Shown piece after piece: positions 20,888 to 30,588 of a stretch of DNA of 63,048 nucleotides (position 1 is its first letter; the number at the start of each line of letters is the position of its first letter). The notes under the pieces were generated by a model. It searched no databases, had not been told where the DNA came from, and was given only the letters and a program-made list of their open reading frames with translations. Position numbers and translations under genes: made by a program. This DNA is from a virus (taxonomy: Duplodnaviria > Caudoviricetes), in the IMG/VR virus record IMGVR_UViG_3300032322_002946, positions 1 to 63,048 of that record, one strand, 5' to 3'.

Positions 20888-20917
20888 AAAAACCCACTCT
20901 TTGAAGTGGGTTTTTTT
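20886..20917. terminator. Bidirectional intrinsic terminator
   Basis: AAAAAACCCACT..AGTGGGTTTTTTT between convergent genes. Confidence 0.8.
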
Positions 20918-20932
20918 ATTTTTTAGTATTAT

Positions 20933-21889
20933 TTAGAAATCATCATCTAAATTATCAAAATCGATAGCTTTGTCTGATACTTTTTGATATTCAGAAACTC
21001 TTTTCTCAAAGAAATTTGTTTTTCCCTGTAGTGAAATCATATCCATAAAGTCAAATGGATTTTCAACACCATAGACTTTTTGACAACCCAACTGATTTAG
21101 CCAAAAGTCAGCAACATACTCAATGTATTGTTGCATTAACTTTGAGTTCATGCCAATTAAAGATACTGGTAATGAATCTGTCACAAACTCCTTTTCAATC
21201 TCAACAGCTTCACAGATAATTTCTTTGATTCTTTCTTCACTAACTTTATTTTGGATATACCTATTATGTAATAAGGTAGCAAATTGACAGTGTAATCCCT
21301 CATCTCTTGAAATCAACTCATTTGAAAATGATAATCCAGGCATCAATCCTCTTTTCTTAAGCCAGAAAATAGAACAAAATGAACCAGAGAAAAATATACC
21401 TTCAACTGCTGCAAAAGCAATCAGTCTTTCAGCAAAAATACTAGAATCTATCCATTTAAGTGCCCACTCTGCTTTTCTTTTTACAGATGGTACTGTTTGA
21501 ATTGCGTTGAAAAGATGGTCTCTTTCTTTTGAATCTTTAATGTAAGTATCAATAAGAAGAGAATAAGTTTCTGAGTGTATGTTCTCAATAGCAATCTGAA
21601 ATCCATAAAAACATTTAGCCTCTGGATATTGAACTTCTTTTAGAAAGTTTTCGGCTAAGTTTTCATTTACGATTCCATCTGAAGCAGCAAAGAAAGCCAA
21701 CACGTTTTTAATATAGTGTTTCTCATCTGCATTTAACTTCTCATTCCAATCTGTTAAATCTTGTGCCAAATCGATTTCTTCGGCAGTCCAAAAAGAGTGT
21801 TCGGCTGTTTTGTACATTTCCCATATATCGTTATATTTTAGCGGGAAAAGAACAAATCTGTTTGGATTTTCTGTTAGTATATGTTCCAT
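20933..21889 (-). CDS. nrdB: Ribonucleotide reductase class Ia beta subunit
   Basis: [46 protein letters not shown]. Confidence 0.95.
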   Translation of the reverse strand: MEHILTENPNRFVLFPLKYNDIWEMYKTAEHSFWTAEEIDLAQDLTDWNEKLNADEKHYIKNVLAFFAASDGIVNENLAENFLKEVQYPEAKCFYGFQIAIENIHSETYSLLIDTYIKDSKERDHLFNAIQTVPSVKRKAEWALKWIDSSIFAERLIAFAAVEGIFFSGSFCSIFWLKKRGLMPGLSFSNELISRDEGLHCQFATLLHNRYIQNKVSEERIKEIICEAVEIEKEFVTDSLPVSLIGMNSKLMQQYIEYVADFWLNQLGCQKVYGVENPFDFMDMISLQGKTNFFEKRVSEYQKVSDKAIDFDNLDDDF

Positions 21890-21983
21890 GTTATAATTTA
21901 TTTTGTTTTGTTTATAATTGTATCTTTTAAAATTGTTTTGTTTTTAGATTATTAATTTATATATTTGTAAAAAATCTAACTAT

Positions 21984-22253
21984 ATGGAAAAAAATATGAA
22001 AAAAATGAGAGAATTGGCCATTTTCCAAAACAAAATTTCTCTCAACAATGAATCAACAATGATTCTACACATCGATGATATGCCACCATTTGCATCCTGG
22101 TTTTTGACAACTTTTCATTATGTTGATAAAGTAATCTATCGTGGTCAAAGTAGTGATGCACCAACTGATATTCCAAATTTAAAAGATAGTTTACAGAAAT
22201 TAGGAAATCCAAAAAACATTCTTATAACCTATTCCGAGCAAGACACATATTAA
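21984..22253 (+). CDS. Hypothetical protein
   Basis: ORF behind TATATTTG at 21960. Confidence 0.5.
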   Translation: MEKNMKKMRELAIFQNKISLNNESTMILHIDDMPPFASWFLTTFHYVDKVIYRGQSSDAPTDIPNLKDSLQKLGNPKNILITYSEQDTY

Positions 22254-22255
22254 TT

Positions 22256-22675
22256 ATGAAGTTACTCTATGATAATAATCTCTACGATTGTAGCTGGAAG
22301 TCAAAAATGAAAACAGACTACTGGTATAATATGGCTATTGTCAAAGTGAAAGCCAGAATGCCTATCCAAAAATATAAAAAAATAATATTAGATATCAGAA
22401 TCAAAAACGAAGAGATTCAAAGTGGACTGAAACGGGGAACTGAAAATGAATTTGACTTTAATATTCTTATTAATGATGGTGAGTTTATTGATTGGTTAAG
22501 TCGTGATTCAGAGAGTGTAGAACTTTGGGAATTTAATTCTTTTTTAGAAAGAATATCTTACACATCTCAGTTCAATGATGGAACAGTAGTGGTAAATTTT
22601 GACTTACTTATAAAAGAACAAAGTTTATGTGATAAGTCACAACTAAGAGAAGTGTTATTAAATCAATTAGTTTAA
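22256..22675 (+). CDS. Hypothetical protein with C-terminal tag motif
   Basis: Ends LREVLLNQLV. Confidence 0.55.
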   Translation: MKLLYDNNLYDCSWKSKMKTDYWYNMAIVKVKARMPIQKYKKIILDIRIKNEEIQSGLKRGTENEFDFNILINDGEFIDWLSRDSESVELWEFNSFLERISYTSQFNDGTVVVNFDLLIKEQSLCDKSQLREVLLNQLV

Positions 22676-22678
22676 AAC

Positions 22679-22758
22679 GAAAAAAGGGAGTAGCGAATTC
22701 CCTTTTTTCTATAGCCACCCGATTGGGGCGAAACTATAACGGGTCCTAAGCCGTTTTT
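22679..22758 (-). ncRNA. Three-hairpin structured RNA with loops complementary to 23S rRNA H69-H71 (possibly Flavo-1-like)
   Basis: Minus strand AACGG-CUUAGGAC-CCGUU / central stem / AAAAAAGGGA-AUUCGCUAC-UCCCUUUUUU; plus strand reads AACTATAACG(G)GTCCTAAG and GTAGCGAATTCC, matching 23S positions 1912-1929 and 1930-1942 (E. coli numbering). Confidence 0.7.
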
Positions 22759-23304
22759 TTAAAATTTATTTCCCTTTGATAGGTTATCCTTAGCCCACAA
22801 TGGTTGTAAGTTTGATAGAGCATTTATTGTACTAACTTTTGTGTTATCATCAAATTTTGATATTGGTTTCTTGTGGTCAATGTGCCATTTACCGTAATTG
22901 TCCCAACACATTCCATCTTTAAACTGAATCTCTATTCTCTGTTTAAGTTTAATCACATCATATCCTAAAAGTTTGAAGGTACTTGTATGTTTTTTTTGAC
23001 CCATAAGACACCTTCTAACCATGTCTCTTAAAACCATTCCGAGTTTAATTTTAAAGTTTTCTGTTCTTTTTCTCTTTCTTACCTCTTTATACCTTAACTC
23101 ATAATTCCTATTATTCGTTTTATATGACTCGGTATTTCTATATTTCTTCTTTCTCTCTAAAACTTTTTCTTTATTTTTCTCATAAAAGTCTTTTTGAATA
23201 TCAGAGCAACATTTCTTACAATATATCGCATAACCTGTTTTAGAATTAGAATTTTTATAGAATTTTGAACTATCCTTATCTGAAAGACATTTTTTACAAA
23301 TCAT
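22759..23304 (-). CDS. HNH homing endonuclease-like protein
   Basis: N-term CxxC..CKKC, WHIDHKKP..NLQPLWAKDNLSKGNK. Confidence 0.85.
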   Translation of the reverse strand: MICKKCLSDKDSSKFYKNSNSKTGYAIYCKKCCSDIQKDFYEKNKEKVLERKKKYRNTESYKTNNRNYELRYKEVRKRKRTENFKIKLGMVLRDMVRRCLMGQKKHTSTFKLLGYDVIKLKQRIEIQFKDGMCWDNYGKWHIDHKKPISKFDDNTKVSTINALSNLQPLWAKDNLSKGNKF

Positions 23305-23382
23305 AGCTTATATATTAAAACTTTTATCTATCACTACAATAAAATAAATGTAAATTAATGTCAAACTTAAATTAAAAAACAA

Positions 23383-23691
23383 ATGATTAAACACGAAATT
23401 AGAGTAGAATTAAACAAATCTGACGAATTAAGAACGATTATTGAAAAATCCTACTTTGAGGAAGGCCAAATGGGTAAAATTCTCGGAAAAAAACACTATT
23501 TAACTATTGATGAATCCGATGATGTCAATTTTACAATTTTCAAAGGACTTAATAATGCAACGGTAAAAGTCTCTAACTCTGAAGTAATAGATGGGAACAT
23601 GAGATTTATCGTTGATGAAACAGAAGGAAACATAAAATTATTTCCCATATCTGTCTATTGTATAAAAGAAGAAAAGTATATTTTCTATTAA
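23383..23691 (+). CDS. Hypothetical protein
   Basis: 102 aa ORF co-oriented with IMPDH/GMPR gene. Confidence 0.6.
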   Translation: MIKHEIRVELNKSDELRTIIEKSYFEEGQMGKILGKKHYLTIDESDDVNFTIFKGLNNATVKVSNSEVIDGNMRFIVDETEGNIKLFPISVYCIKEEKYIFY

Positions 23692-23706
23692 AAATTAAAA
23701 CAAATT

Positions 23707-24783
23707 ATGGTTTCAGATTTTAATGACTTATTGATTACCCCTGCCAAAACGTCTTCTATACGTTCCCGTAGTGAGATTAATCCACACTATACTAAAGATG
23801 GTAATGATATGTTACCAATTATTGTGTCTCCTATGGACACCGTAATTTCTACAACAAATTGGAAAATGTTTATCAACAATAAATTACCGATTTGTTTTCC
23901 AAGAGGTATCAAACCAGAAGACTTCCCAGTTTCTGAACTAGTTTATCTAAATTGGTATAGTGATTCTATATTTTTTTCTTACTCTTTAGAAGAAACATCT
24001 GATCTTATTAAGATGTTGAAAAGTAAAAGAGAAGAGGATAAATACTTTGACTTCAAATACAATATACTAATTGATATTGCTAATGGACACATGCAACACT
24101 TAGTAGATTTGGTTAAAGAGTTAAGAGAATTTACAGGTGTTAAAATTATGGTTGGTAACATCGCTAACCCTAAAAGTTACAAAGTCTTATCAAAAGCAGG
24201 TGCTGACTACATCAGAGTTGGTATTGGATTTGGCGGTGGTTGTTTGACCGCTATGAATACTGGCGTTGGATATTCAATGGCTCAATTAGTCTTAGAATGT
24301 GCAGAAGAAAAAGAAAAATTAGATGCTTATGATTATCCAACTGCTAAAATTGTAGCTGATGGTGGATTTAGAGAATACTCTGATATTATTAAAGCCTTAG
24401 CTTTGGGAGCAGATTATGTAATGTTAGGGTCAATGTTGAATAAGTGTTTAGAATCCGCAGGTGATTGTTATGTATTAGGTTTGAAAATTCCACAACCATT
24501 AGCTGAGTTTCTTTACAAGAAAGGATTTCGAATAGAAAAGAAATTTAGAGGAATGTCAACTAAAGAAGTTCAAAGAAAATGGGGTAAATCAAACTTAAAA
24601 ACTTCAGAAGGTGTAGTCAGACTAAGAACAGTAAAATACACCCTGAGTGGTTGGACAGAAAATTTTGTAGATTATCTGAAGTCTGCTATGAGTTATACAG
24701 ATAGTAAAAACTTAGAACAATTTATTGGACAGGTCAAATGGACCCAAATTTCACAAAACTCTTTTCAAAGATTTAACAAATAA
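23707..24783 (+). CDS. IMP dehydrogenase / GMP reductase family protein
   Basis: SPMDTV, IDIANGH, VGIGFGGGCLT, ADGG, ALALGADYVMLG, FRGMS. Confidence 0.85.
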   Translation: MVSDFNDLLITPAKTSSIRSRSEINPHYTKDGNDMLPIIVSPMDTVISTTNWKMFINNKLPICFPRGIKPEDFPVSELVYLNWYSDSIFFSYSLEETSDLIKMLKSKREEDKYFDFKYNILIDIANGHMQHLVDLVKELREFTGVKIMVGNIANPKSYKVLSKAGADYIRVGIGFGGGCLTAMNTGVGYSMAQLVLECAEEKEKLDAYDYPTAKIVADGGFREYSDIIKALALGADYVMLGSMLNKCLESAGDCYVLGLKIPQPLAEFLYKKGFRIEKKFRGMSTKEVQRKWGKSNLKTSEGVVRLRTVKYTLSGWTENFVDYLKSAMSYTDSKNLEQFIGQVKWTQISQNSFQRFNK

Positions 24784-24808
24784 TACTAGTTCAAAAAGAA
24801 CTAAAAAT

Positions 24809-24840
24809 TAAAAACCAATCATTTATTGATTGGTTTTTTT
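24809..24840. terminator. Bidirectional intrinsic terminator
   Basis: AAAACCAATCA..TGATTGGTTTTTT between convergent genes. Confidence 0.8.
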
Positions 24841-24858
24841 ATTTGTAATCAAAAAGTT

Positions 24859-25659
24859 TTATCTTTTAACCATGAAAAACCAGTTAGAGTTAGATTGTCC
24901 TTTGATTTCTTCTTCAACTTCTTTTACTTCTTCTTTTCCTTGATTTACTAAATCAGCTGCTTGTATCTTCACACCACCAGGGAGCGTAAAGTCGTACCTT
25001 CCAACTAAATTACCTAATTGTATTTTAGAGTAACCAACTACATATTTAAAGAAAAGGTCATCTCTGAATAAATTTTCAGCTGGTATATTTGCATAAGCTT
25101 CCATAACTACATCATACTTAACATTAGTTAAGATGTGAAGTCTATGATTTAACTGATTAAATTGGTATCTTAGGGTATATTTATTTAATTGATTCAACAT
25201 ATCAGACATAGAATCCAATATTGTTTTATATACACCTAATTCACCAATCGTTGTAACATAAGAAGACAGATAAGGTTGATTCGTAACACCTAAATTTACA
25301 GAAAGATTTGGTGTGTTAATACCTAATTGAAATAAACTTTGGCTTCTTACTTCATATAGATAAGTAACAGACTGAATCTCACAAGGAACATTCACGAAAT
25401 TATATTTTGTAAATTCTTCAGAAAAGAAAGCTTCTTTCTTAATCAGAAAATACATTTTCTGTACTGCAAATTGATACTGACGATAAAACCAAGGAAGAGC
25501 TCTTGTCTCAATTATTTGTCTTACACTCGCATCCGGTAAAGTCTTAGGTAATGCACACTGAATGGTCAGTTCATTTTGCACAAAATCAATAAACTCTTCA
25601 ATTGTATATCCTCCTTGATAAGGAACATATTCATCACCATAACCATTAGTAGTTGCCAT
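24859..25659 (-). CDS. Neck protein, T4 gp13-like
   Basis: C-term LG..VGRY...LPGGVKIQ...L...GKEE; TTAATATATA upstream. Confidence 0.65.
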   Translation of the reverse strand: MATTNGYGDEYVPYQGGYTIEEFIDFVQNELTIQCALPKTLPDASVRQIIETRALPWFYRQYQFAVQKMYFLIKKEAFFSEEFTKYNFVNVPCEIQSVTYLYEVRSQSLFQLGINTPNLSVNLGVTNQPYLSSYVTTIGELGVYKTILDSMSDMLNQLNKYTLRYQFNQLNHRLHILTNVKYDVVMEAYANIPAENLFRDDLFFKYVVGYSKIQLGNLVGRYDFTLPGGVKIQAADLVNQGKEEVKEVEEEIKGQSNSNWFFMVKR

Positions 25660-25725
25660 AAAATAATTTTACTTTAGGTTATATATTAATTTGGTCATTT
25701 CACTTATTTGAAGTATATTTGTAAT

Positions 25726-25908
25726 ATGAAAGGTAGTCTTATAAATATCGGTAAGTTTTCTTTGAAAGACCATATAAAGGCCAATAAAAAAGCCTCTCGT
25801 GAAATTAGTCTGCAAAATTCTACCGGTTGGGTATCAAGTCATAAGGTTCATAAAACCGAAAAGAATTACACCAGAAAGGTGAAACATAAGTCTGACTATT
25901 TTATTTAG
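25726..25908 (+). CDS. Small basic protein
   Basis: ATG 4 nt after TATATTTG; HKVHKTEKNYTRKVKHK. Confidence 0.6.
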   Translation: MKGSLINIGKFSLKDHIKANKKASREISLQNSTGWVSSHKVHKTEKNYTRKVKHKSDYFI

Positions 25909-26585
25909 TCTTTTACTATCCTATTATATTCTTTAAGGTCCAAAGTCAATCCCCATTTTTTCATAATTCTTTTCAGTTCTAAATTTGGACTGGTCTTAAA
26001 TCTTCCATTATAATAGTTTTGACCAACAGGTATAGTGTGTGTAACTGATACCTCGTCTATAATAGCTGAGTTTTGGGGATATTGTAATATTTTTTGCCAT
26101 AATAAATCCAGGCCCCAACCAGACTTAGATTTATCAAAGCTGTCAAATACAAGTAGTAGAGATTGTTTATCCATCATAGGACACATTACCTCGACAAAGT
26201 TCGTATATCTCAAAAAACAATTTTCATGTTTTTTGGTAATGTTAAATGATTGAGGCCCTATGATGGATGGTTGTGATATGCTAAGATTATAATCGCTGTG
26301 TATTCTAAAAAGTTTATTTATCGAATCTGTGTCGGTGTCTATATCATCATCTGGAAACCAGAAATAATCATACGACAGAATAAAATTTATATTTTCTACA
26401 ATAAATTTTTTTATGATGTGCCATTTCTCACCATTATATCTATAATGATGTGGTGTAAATTGATCTAAGTCAAAATCAATATCTTCGTAACAAAGAAGTG
26501 CAATATCAAAATTAGTCTTTCCAGAAATCCAGTTTTTAAATAAAGAACTATTTCCAGTCGGAGTGATTATTAAATTTCTGCTCAC
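25905..26585 (-). CDS. DUF707-like glycosyltransferase
   Basis: [28 protein letters not shown]. Confidence 0.7.
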   Translation of the reverse strand: MSRNLIITPTGNSSLFKNWISGKTNFDIALLCYEDIDFDLDQFTPHHYRYNGEKWHIIKKFIVENINFILSYDYFWFPDDDIDTDTDSINKLFRIHSDYNLSISQPSIIGPQSFNITKKHENCFLRYTNFVEVMCPMMDKQSLLLVFDSFDKSKSGWGLDLLWQKILQYPQNSAIIDEVSVTHTIPVGQNYYNGRFKTSPNLELKRIMKKWGLTLDLKEYNRIVKD

Positions 26586-27649
26586 AATGAAAAGTTCTTT
26601 GATGTCTTAAGATTTTCTAAGACATCTCTTTCGTTAGGTGAAATATTTTTAGGTATCCTTACCGAGATATTAATTATTAAGTCACCCATTCCTAAATTAA
26701 CGTCTGGAATTCCTTTTCTATGAATCCTTACTCTTTTACCATGTTCTGTTCCAGGCTCTATAGTTATTGGCACTTCACCATGTGGTGTTCTTACTTTGAT
26801 GTTAGCTCCTAAAATGGCATCAATGACTGAAATTTCTTTTTCAACTAAAATATTATTTCCGTCTCTTTGAAAATAACTTTCTTTTATCTCTTCTACTACA
26901 ATAATCAAATCTCCTGGAATACCATCTCTTATGTGATTACCAAAACCAAGCATAGTTAATTGCATTCCATTTCCTACACCTTTTGGAATTTCAACATCTA
27001 CTACTTGTTCTGTTGTTTGTGTTCCCCTTCCAGAACAATAGTTACAGGTATTTACTATTCTTTTACCATTACCTGAACAATCAGGACAAGTCATTTCTTG
27101 TCTTATTTGTCCGAATGGTGTGTTTTGTAATACAACTCTACGACCAGATCCTCTACACGACAAACACTCTCTGACATCCGTTCCGCCTTTTCCATCACAA
27201 GGATTACATTTATCCTGTCTTTTATATTTAATTTTCTTAACAACACCATTTAAGATTTCATCTATAGTCAGTGTTACTCTTAATCTCAAATCAGAACCTT
27301 TTTGTCTTTGTGGTTGTGTTCTTCTGTTTCCAAAATTTCCAAAAATATCACCAAACTGACTAAAAATATCATCCATGTTGAATCCGTGACCGTAATTTTG
27401 ACCAAATGGATTTCCTCCACCTCCGAACGGAGAATCAGCTGATCCAAATCTATCATAGTTTGACTTTTTTTCTGGATTTGACAAAATGTCATATGCTTCA
27501 GCTGCTTCTTTGAATTTTGCTTCAGCATCTGGATTATTTGGATTCTTATCAGGATGCCACTTCATTGCTGCCTTCCTATAAGCTTTTTTAATTTCGTCAT
27601 CAGAAGAACCCTTTTCTACTCCTAATATTTTATAATAATCTTTACTCAT
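26582..27649 (-). CDS. dnaJ: Chaperone DnaJ
   Basis: J-domain HPD, G/F region, four CxxCxGxG repeats. Confidence 0.97.
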   Translation of the reverse strand: MSKDYYKILGVEKGSSDDEIKKAYRKAAMKWHPDKNPNNPDAEAKFKEAAEAYDILSNPEKKSNYDRFGSADSPFGGGGNPFGQNYGHGFNMDDIFSQFGDIFGNFGNRRTQPQRQKGSDLRLRVTLTIDEILNGVVKKIKYKRQDKCNPCDGKGGTDVRECLSCRGSGRRVVLQNTPFGQIRQEMTCPDCSGNGKRIVNTCNYCSGRGTQTTEQVVDVEIPKGVGNGMQLTMLGFGNHIRDGIPGDLIIVVEEIKESYFQRDGNNILVEKEISVIDAILGANIKVRTPHGEVPITIEPGTEHGKRVRIHRKGIPDVNLGMGDLIINISVRIPKNISPNERDVLENLKTSKNFSL

Positions 27650-27668
27650 ACATTATTTTAATCAATTT

Positions 27669-27983
27669 TTATGCCAATAGTTGTTTTATCTTTGAGTCTC
27701 TATATATCTGCTTAGGTGTTTCTGTCAGTTTTATAAAAATCCACTTATTATAGTTAATGATAAATTCATCACCTTGTATTCTAGTAGTCATAATTGGCAT
27801 TTCATCAACTATTTCAGAAAATAGTTTATTAGCATCTTCTAATTTCCAGTCTGTGAGTTCTGATAATCTTTTACAGAAATAATCCATAAATGGAGTAGCT
27901 GTGTCGATTACCTTTGCTATACATTCGTCACACTTAAAACTATCAGGTGCCCAGTCAGATATTTCAATATACCAATCAATCAT
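27669..27983 (-). CDS. Hypothetical protein with C-terminal tag motif
   Basis: Ends YRDSKIKQLLA. Confidence 0.6.
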   Translation of the reverse strand: MIDWYIEISDWAPDSFKCDECIAKVIDTATPFMDYFCKRLSELTDWKLEDANKLFSEIVDEMPIMTTRIQGDEFIINYNKWIFIKLTETPKQIYRDSKIKQLLA

Positions 27984-28569
27984 TAATCATTCTTTTTATT
28001 TTCATATCTCTAATTTCTGATTTTATGTCAGTTGAGTCTAAAACTTTTCTAACTAACTTAGCAACATAATTATCAACAATCAAAGTTATTGTTTCGATGC
28101 TTCTATCGATGTATTCAAAATCTTCTAAGGTATTTTTTGACTTTCTCAGGTAAAGAACTAAATAATCTAAAAACTCATCAATATCAAAATACAACCTAAA
28201 TAATTCTAATCTACCATCCTCTTTATAACCTTTAACTTGCGCTACGGTTGGATCAACAACAAATATCTTTGGAGGATCAACAAATACCTTACCGAATAAA
28301 CGTTTAACAGCTGGTAGTATTAAATCTAAAGTTTCATCTTCACCTTCATAAAAAGAACCTTTAAGTTCATCTAAATCAAAAATCGTCCACTTCTCATCTA
28401 TTACATAGATAAGTGTCATTTCAAAATATTCAAACCATTTATCTGTTATACCACCCGATAAGGAATCAATTAGGGCTAGTTTATAATCTTGATTTTTATG
28501 TATATCTAAAAATCCAGGTTTAGTCATTTTTTTGTAAAACGATTTTAGGATATCTGAATAGTTTTCCAT
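27976..28569 (-). CDS. Hypothetical protein with C-terminal tag motif
   Basis: Ends IRDMKIKRMIND. Confidence 0.6.
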   Translation of the reverse strand: MENYSDILKSFYKKMTKPGFLDIHKNQDYKLALIDSLSGGITDKWFEYFEMTLIYVIDEKWTIFDLDELKGSFYEGEDETLDLILPAVKRLFGKVFVDPPKIFVVDPTVAQVKGYKEDGRLELFRLYFDIDEFLDYLVLYLRKSKNTLEDFEYIDRSIETITLIVDNYVAKLVRKVLDSTDIKSEIRDMKIKRMIND

Positions 28570-29026
28570 TCAACATATATCCTTTACTAACTACATCAAC
28601 AATTTTAGTTTCATTACCTGGTAAAACTGAAATTACTTCATGTACATCTTCATCATATTCTTCAGTTTGTACTTCTTCAATTCCTTGTGACTTAAGATAA
28701 TTAGTTAGTTTTTGATATATTACACTAACTCCTTCTAATACCTCTGGATTTTTTATAGCCTTCATTGCATGATTAAAGTCATTGTCCATGTCTAAAAGAG
28801 AAGTAAGAGTTTTTACTTTAGTGTTTGTAATCAGTTCTTCTTTTTCTTTAGCAGTTCTTCTTTTGAAATTTTCAAACTCTGCTGCCAATCTAAGATACTT
28901 CTCATTAGATTCTTTTAGTTGATCTTCTAAAACAGAAACATTTAGTCTTGAGTTATCATCTAAGTTAATTTCACCACTTTCACTTGTCAGGTCAAGACCT
29001 ACATTTTGAGCATTTTCATTTTCCAT
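28520..29026 (-). CDS. grpE: Nucleotide exchange factor GrpE
   Basis: YLRLAAEFENFKRR, HEVI, KGYMLNGKLFRYPKIV. Confidence 0.93.
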   Translation of the reverse strand: MENENAQNVGLDLTSESGEINLDDNSRLNVSVLEDQLKESNEKYLRLAAEFENFKRRTAKEKEELITNTKVKTLTSLLDMDNDFNHAMKAIKNPEVLEGVSVIYQKLTNYLKSQGIEEVQTEEYDEDVHEVISVLPGNETKIVDVVSKGYMLNGKLFRYPKIVLQKND

Positions 29027-29028
29027 AA

Positions 29029-29514
29029 TTAATAATTAAATTTAAGTAATTTTCTTATGATGTTTGAGTTATAAAATTCATAGGTAACATTCTTATCTAC
29101 GATCTTATGAATTTCTAGTTTTTCTACTTCTGATTTTATACCATTGATATAATCAACTAATTCTTTAAGAGCATTAGCATAACTTGTATTTGGTTCCCAG
29201 TAATCAGGAAATTTATCCAAAAACTTATCAACAGCAATATCGAATGTTTTCTTTCTAATTAATAAAAAGTCTTTTTCTTTGATAGATTTATTAGTCAATA
29301 GTTCAACAGTATAAGTATTGAATTTGAAAATAAGATTATCCGTTTCAATTACTTTCAACAAACCAATAATTAGTGCGTCTCTTTCTGATAGTGTAAATTC
29401 TTTGTTTTCTTTTAATATTTTCTCTGCTTCTTTATCTGAGCCAACCGTATAATATACATAATTGTCCCAAACACATCTTCTGATTAAATCTTCCGGTGTT
29501 AATGTAATTTGCAT
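29029..29514 (-). CDS. Hypothetical protein
   Basis: 161 aa ORF heading the grpE-dnaJ run. Confidence 0.6.
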   Translation of the reverse strand: MQITLTPEDLIRRCVWDNYVYYTVGSDKEAEKILKENKEFTLSERDALIIGLLKVIETDNLIFKFNTYTVELLTNKSIKEKDFLLIRKKTFDIAVDKFLDKFPDYWEPNTSYANALKELVDYINGIKSEVEKLEIHKIVDKNVTYEFYNSNIIRKLLKFNY

Positions 29515-29678
29515 TTGATTTTTTTTCTTTTTTATATGTCATAAACTATTCAAAGTTTAGATTGGTCAAAAATCAATCACTTTGTTATTTTGTTTTCAAA
29601 AATGAAGTTTTTCTGAAATATTTTCAATATATATGATACTTTTATTTTTAGTAAAAGCTATAAAAATATCTTAATAAA

Positions 29679-29909
29679 TTGAAAAACATTGTAAATTCAG
29701 AAGTAGATACACCTGATGGAAAAGCCACGTTAAAAGAAATCTATGTAACAGAATTAGGTTACATAATGGCAAAACTTTATTATCCTAAAAAAAGAGTTTT
29801 TATGAATCACCGAATAGGTTTATTACAAGAACTATTAGAGTCAGAAAATTTTACTCTTACAACTGAATGGTCAAAAAAAATAAATTTAGAAGAAAAGTTG
29901 GTTTTATAA
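29679..29909 (+). CDS. Hypothetical protein
   Basis: 76 aa ORF, TTG start. Confidence 0.5.
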   Translation: MKNIVNSEVDTPDGKATLKEIYVTELGYIMAKLYYPKKRVFMNHRIGLLQELLESENFTLTTEWSKKINLEEKLVL

Positions 29910-29947
29910 CCAACTTTTTTTATTTTTGTATTAACAAAGTTATAGAT

Positions 29948-30136
29948 ATGGAACTGACTGATAAAATCGAATTAAACAAAAAAATTAGAGCTTACAAAGG
30001 AACTAACAATTTTGTACTTTCATTGCAAAAACAACTCAAAACAAATAAATATTTAAATAAAGTAGAGTGGAAAGGAAAACAAGTGAAGATTCTGAGTGAT
30101 AAACAATATGAAGCAGCACTAACATCATTGGATTAA
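29948..30136 (+). CDS. Small hypothetical protein
   Basis: MELTDKIEL.. after TATTTTTG at 29921; followed by hairpin at 30135-30155. Confidence 0.55.
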   Translation: MELTDKIELNKKIRAYKGTNNFVLSLQKQLKTNKYLNKVEWKGKQVKILSDKQYEAALTSLD

Positions 30137-30160
30137 GAGACTAATAGTCTCTTTTATTTT

Positions 30161-30583
30161 TCATATTTTTTTTAATTTTATAGATATCCACATAATTGGA
30201 TAATCGACTTTTACTTCATCAGGCTGAAATGGTGCACCATATACACTTTTAATAAGAAATCCCTCATCAGTAATATTAACATCTTCAGATTTATATTTAT
30301 GAAATCGGTGATTTATAGAAACAATATCCACTAGATATCCTTCATTTGGTGCAAATTCTTTTAGTCTTAAAATACAATCAATAATATAATTATCGATTTC
30401 GATTGGTTTCAAGTAGCCTTGAAAATTCTTTATACTTATTAAATATTGATCGAATTTTTCTAAATGCTCTATATCAACTTGATATCCTAAATCTTCGAGT
30501 TCAAGAAACATATCTTTAACATCTGATTCTAAATCGGAGTTAGATATATTTTCAAATAAAATGTATGGTTTCAAGTATCTCAT
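30161..30583 (-). CDS. Hypothetical protein with leader motif
   Basis: MRYLKPYILFEN; VKDMFLELEDLGY module. Confidence 0.6.
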   Translation of the reverse strand: MRYLKPYILFENISNSDLESDVKDMFLELEDLGYQVDIEHLEKFDQYLISIKNFQGYLKPIEIDNYIIDCILRLKEFAPNEGYLVDIVSINHRFHKYKSEDVNITDEGFLIKSVYGAPFQPDEVKVDYPIMWISIKLKKI

Positions 30584-30588
30584 AAGTA

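Noticed and set aside
22679-22758. rRNA gene fragment, group I intron, or just a terminator
   Set aside because: Only two short 23S-matching blocks are present, in permuted order and centred on hairpin loops. There is no flanking rRNA or intron core, and a plain terminator would not explain the first two hairpins.
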